DNA of 64,000 nt, from NCBI GenBank assembly GCA_035764935.1, contig DASTYK010000153.1, forward strand, positions 9,997 to 73,996, given 5' to 3'. Source of the stretch: Longimicrobiales bacterium (lineage in GTDB: Bacteria; Gemmatimonadota; Gemmatimonadetes; Longimicrobiales; RSA9). The notes beneath the pieces were generated by a model. It was given only the letters and a program-made list of their open reading frames with translations, was not told where the DNA came from and did not search any database. Below are positions 63,091-64,000 of the stretch, one piece after another. The first letter of the stretch is position 1; each line of letters opens with the position of its first letter. Both the position numbers and the translations under genes were made by a program.

Positions 63091-63821
63091 TCCGCGAGTG
63101 CGAGGAACGCACGGGTGCGCTCGTTCACGGCGGCTGTGAAAAGTCGCGATGTCGGGCCGGCCTCGACGACGCTTCCCGCCTCGAGCATGACGGTCCAGGT
63201 GCTCATGTCGCGTGCTTCGTACAGCCGGTGCGTCACCATCACGACGGAGACGCCGTACTCGCGCGGAAGGCGCGCGATCGTCGAGAGCAGGCGGTCTGCG
63301 ATCTCGACGTCGAGTGCGGACGTCGGCTCATCCAGGAGCAGCACCTCGGGCCGCGTCATGAGCGCGCGCGCGATCGACACGCGCTGACGTTCGCCCCCGG
63401 AAAGTCGCGCGGCGTCGCGATCGGCATAGGCTGACGACAGCTCGACCGCCGCCAGCACGCGATCCATCGGCAGCGGGTCGGCCTGCGCTTCGCGACCGCC
63501 CAGCTCCACGGCGATACGCAGGTTGTCGGCGACGGTACCGCTGAACATGGCCGGCTGCTGGAAGACGAATCCCACGCGCCGCCTCAAGGCCGCAATCGGA
63601 TACGCGGTGATCGGCTCACCGTGAAAGCGGATCATTCCGGAAGCCGGATCATCCAGCCGGTTGAGCAGCCGGAGGAACGAGGTCTTGCCGGAGCCCGACG
63701 GGCCGATCAGCGCCGTGATCTCCGTGCGCGGAATCTCGACCGCGACGTCGCGCAGGATGACAACGTCGCCGCGCGCCTGGTTGACGCCCTCCAGGGAGAA
63801 GAGCGGGGAGGTCTCCGCCAC
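63087..63821 (-). CDS. FetA/YbbL-like ABC transporter ATP-binding protein
   Basis: Walker A GPSGSGKTS, signature LSGGERQRVSIARAL, Walker B VLLLDEPTSALD. Confidence 0.9.
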   Translation of the reverse strand: MAETSPLFSLEGVNQARGDVVILRDVAVEIPRTEITALIGPSGSGKTSFLRLLNRLDDPASGMIRFHGEPITAYPIAALRRRVGFVFQQPAMFSGTVADNLRIAVELGGREAQADPLPMDRVLAAVELSSAYADRDAARLSGGERQRVSIARALMTRPEVLLLDEPTSALDVEIADRLLSTIARLPREYGVSVVMVTHRLYEARDMSTWTVMLEAGSVVEAGPTSRLFTAAVNERTRAFLALAE

Positions 63822-63843
63822 GACGAGTGACGCTCCGCTTCCG

Positions 63844-64000
63844 CTACTCGGACGCGTCTGCTTTGGTGCGTTGCACCGTCCCGTCCCGATGCTCCGGCGG
63901 GCTGTACAGCGTGTACAACCGGAGCGGCTCCGATTCGGACGTGTTGACCACGTTGTGCTTCGCGCCGGACGGAATCACGACGACGCTGCCGTCCTTCAAC
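63844..64000 (-). CDS. Cupin-domain protein (3' end only; 5' end outside window)
   Basis: The minus-strand frame is open from the window edge to TAG 63846-44: LKDGSVVVIPSGAKHNVVNTSESEPLRLYTLYSPPEHRDGTVQRTKADASE. This is the cupin motif-2 region. It is absent from the ORF track because no start codon lies in the window. Confidence 0.6.
   Translation of the reverse strand, partial: LKDGSVVVIPSGAKHNVVNTSESEPLRLYTLYSPPEHRDGTVQRTKADASE

Overview
Gene-dense chromosomal DNA, very GC-rich (about 70% by eye, not computed). I call 53 CDS (two run off the window edges), 2 stand-alone tRNAs (Ile-GAU, Ala-UGC), several hairpin terminators and a few promoter or operator candidates. There is no rRNA, CRISPR array, transposase, integrase or phage gene, so this looks like core chromosome and not an island. 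Content points to a diderm soil-type bacterium: AsmA, MlaEFD, SusC/SusD, a TonB-dependent receptor with a PepSY partner, sigma-54 and ECF sigma machinery, many sensor kinases, and housekeeping genes (acnA, glyQS, udk, nth, PolX). The mix of about 70% GC with SusC/SusD suggests something Gemmatimonadota-like, but that is only a guess. All functional calls come from motifs read in the translated ORFs and recalled family features. No search was run. Many start codons were moved from the ORF-track start using RBS position, signal peptides or stop/start overlaps. The strongest second-look items are: (1) a near-consensus sigma-54 promoter (40427-40442) driving an unannotatable 85-aa ORF, preceded by five degenerate 35-38 bp tandem copies of the mlaD 3' end; (2) two homologous upstream regions built around a GGGGAATTCCCC palindrome, in inverted orientation, one before each gene of a convergent pair (tandem Usp and a HAD-phosphatase/HerA-like ATPase fusion); (3) a family of intergenic inverted-repeat elements made of periodic CNC-N-GAG units (5 copies or half-copies), one of which encloses a bidirectional terminator; (4) a PolX whose polymerase carboxylate triad looks degenerate while its PHP domain is intact, translationally coupled to endonuclease III; (5) an ECF sigma operon in which the anti-sigma-like protein and an interposed envelope protein both end in CBM48/AMPK-beta-like domains. 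The long antisense ORFs in the track are treated as high-GC artefacts.
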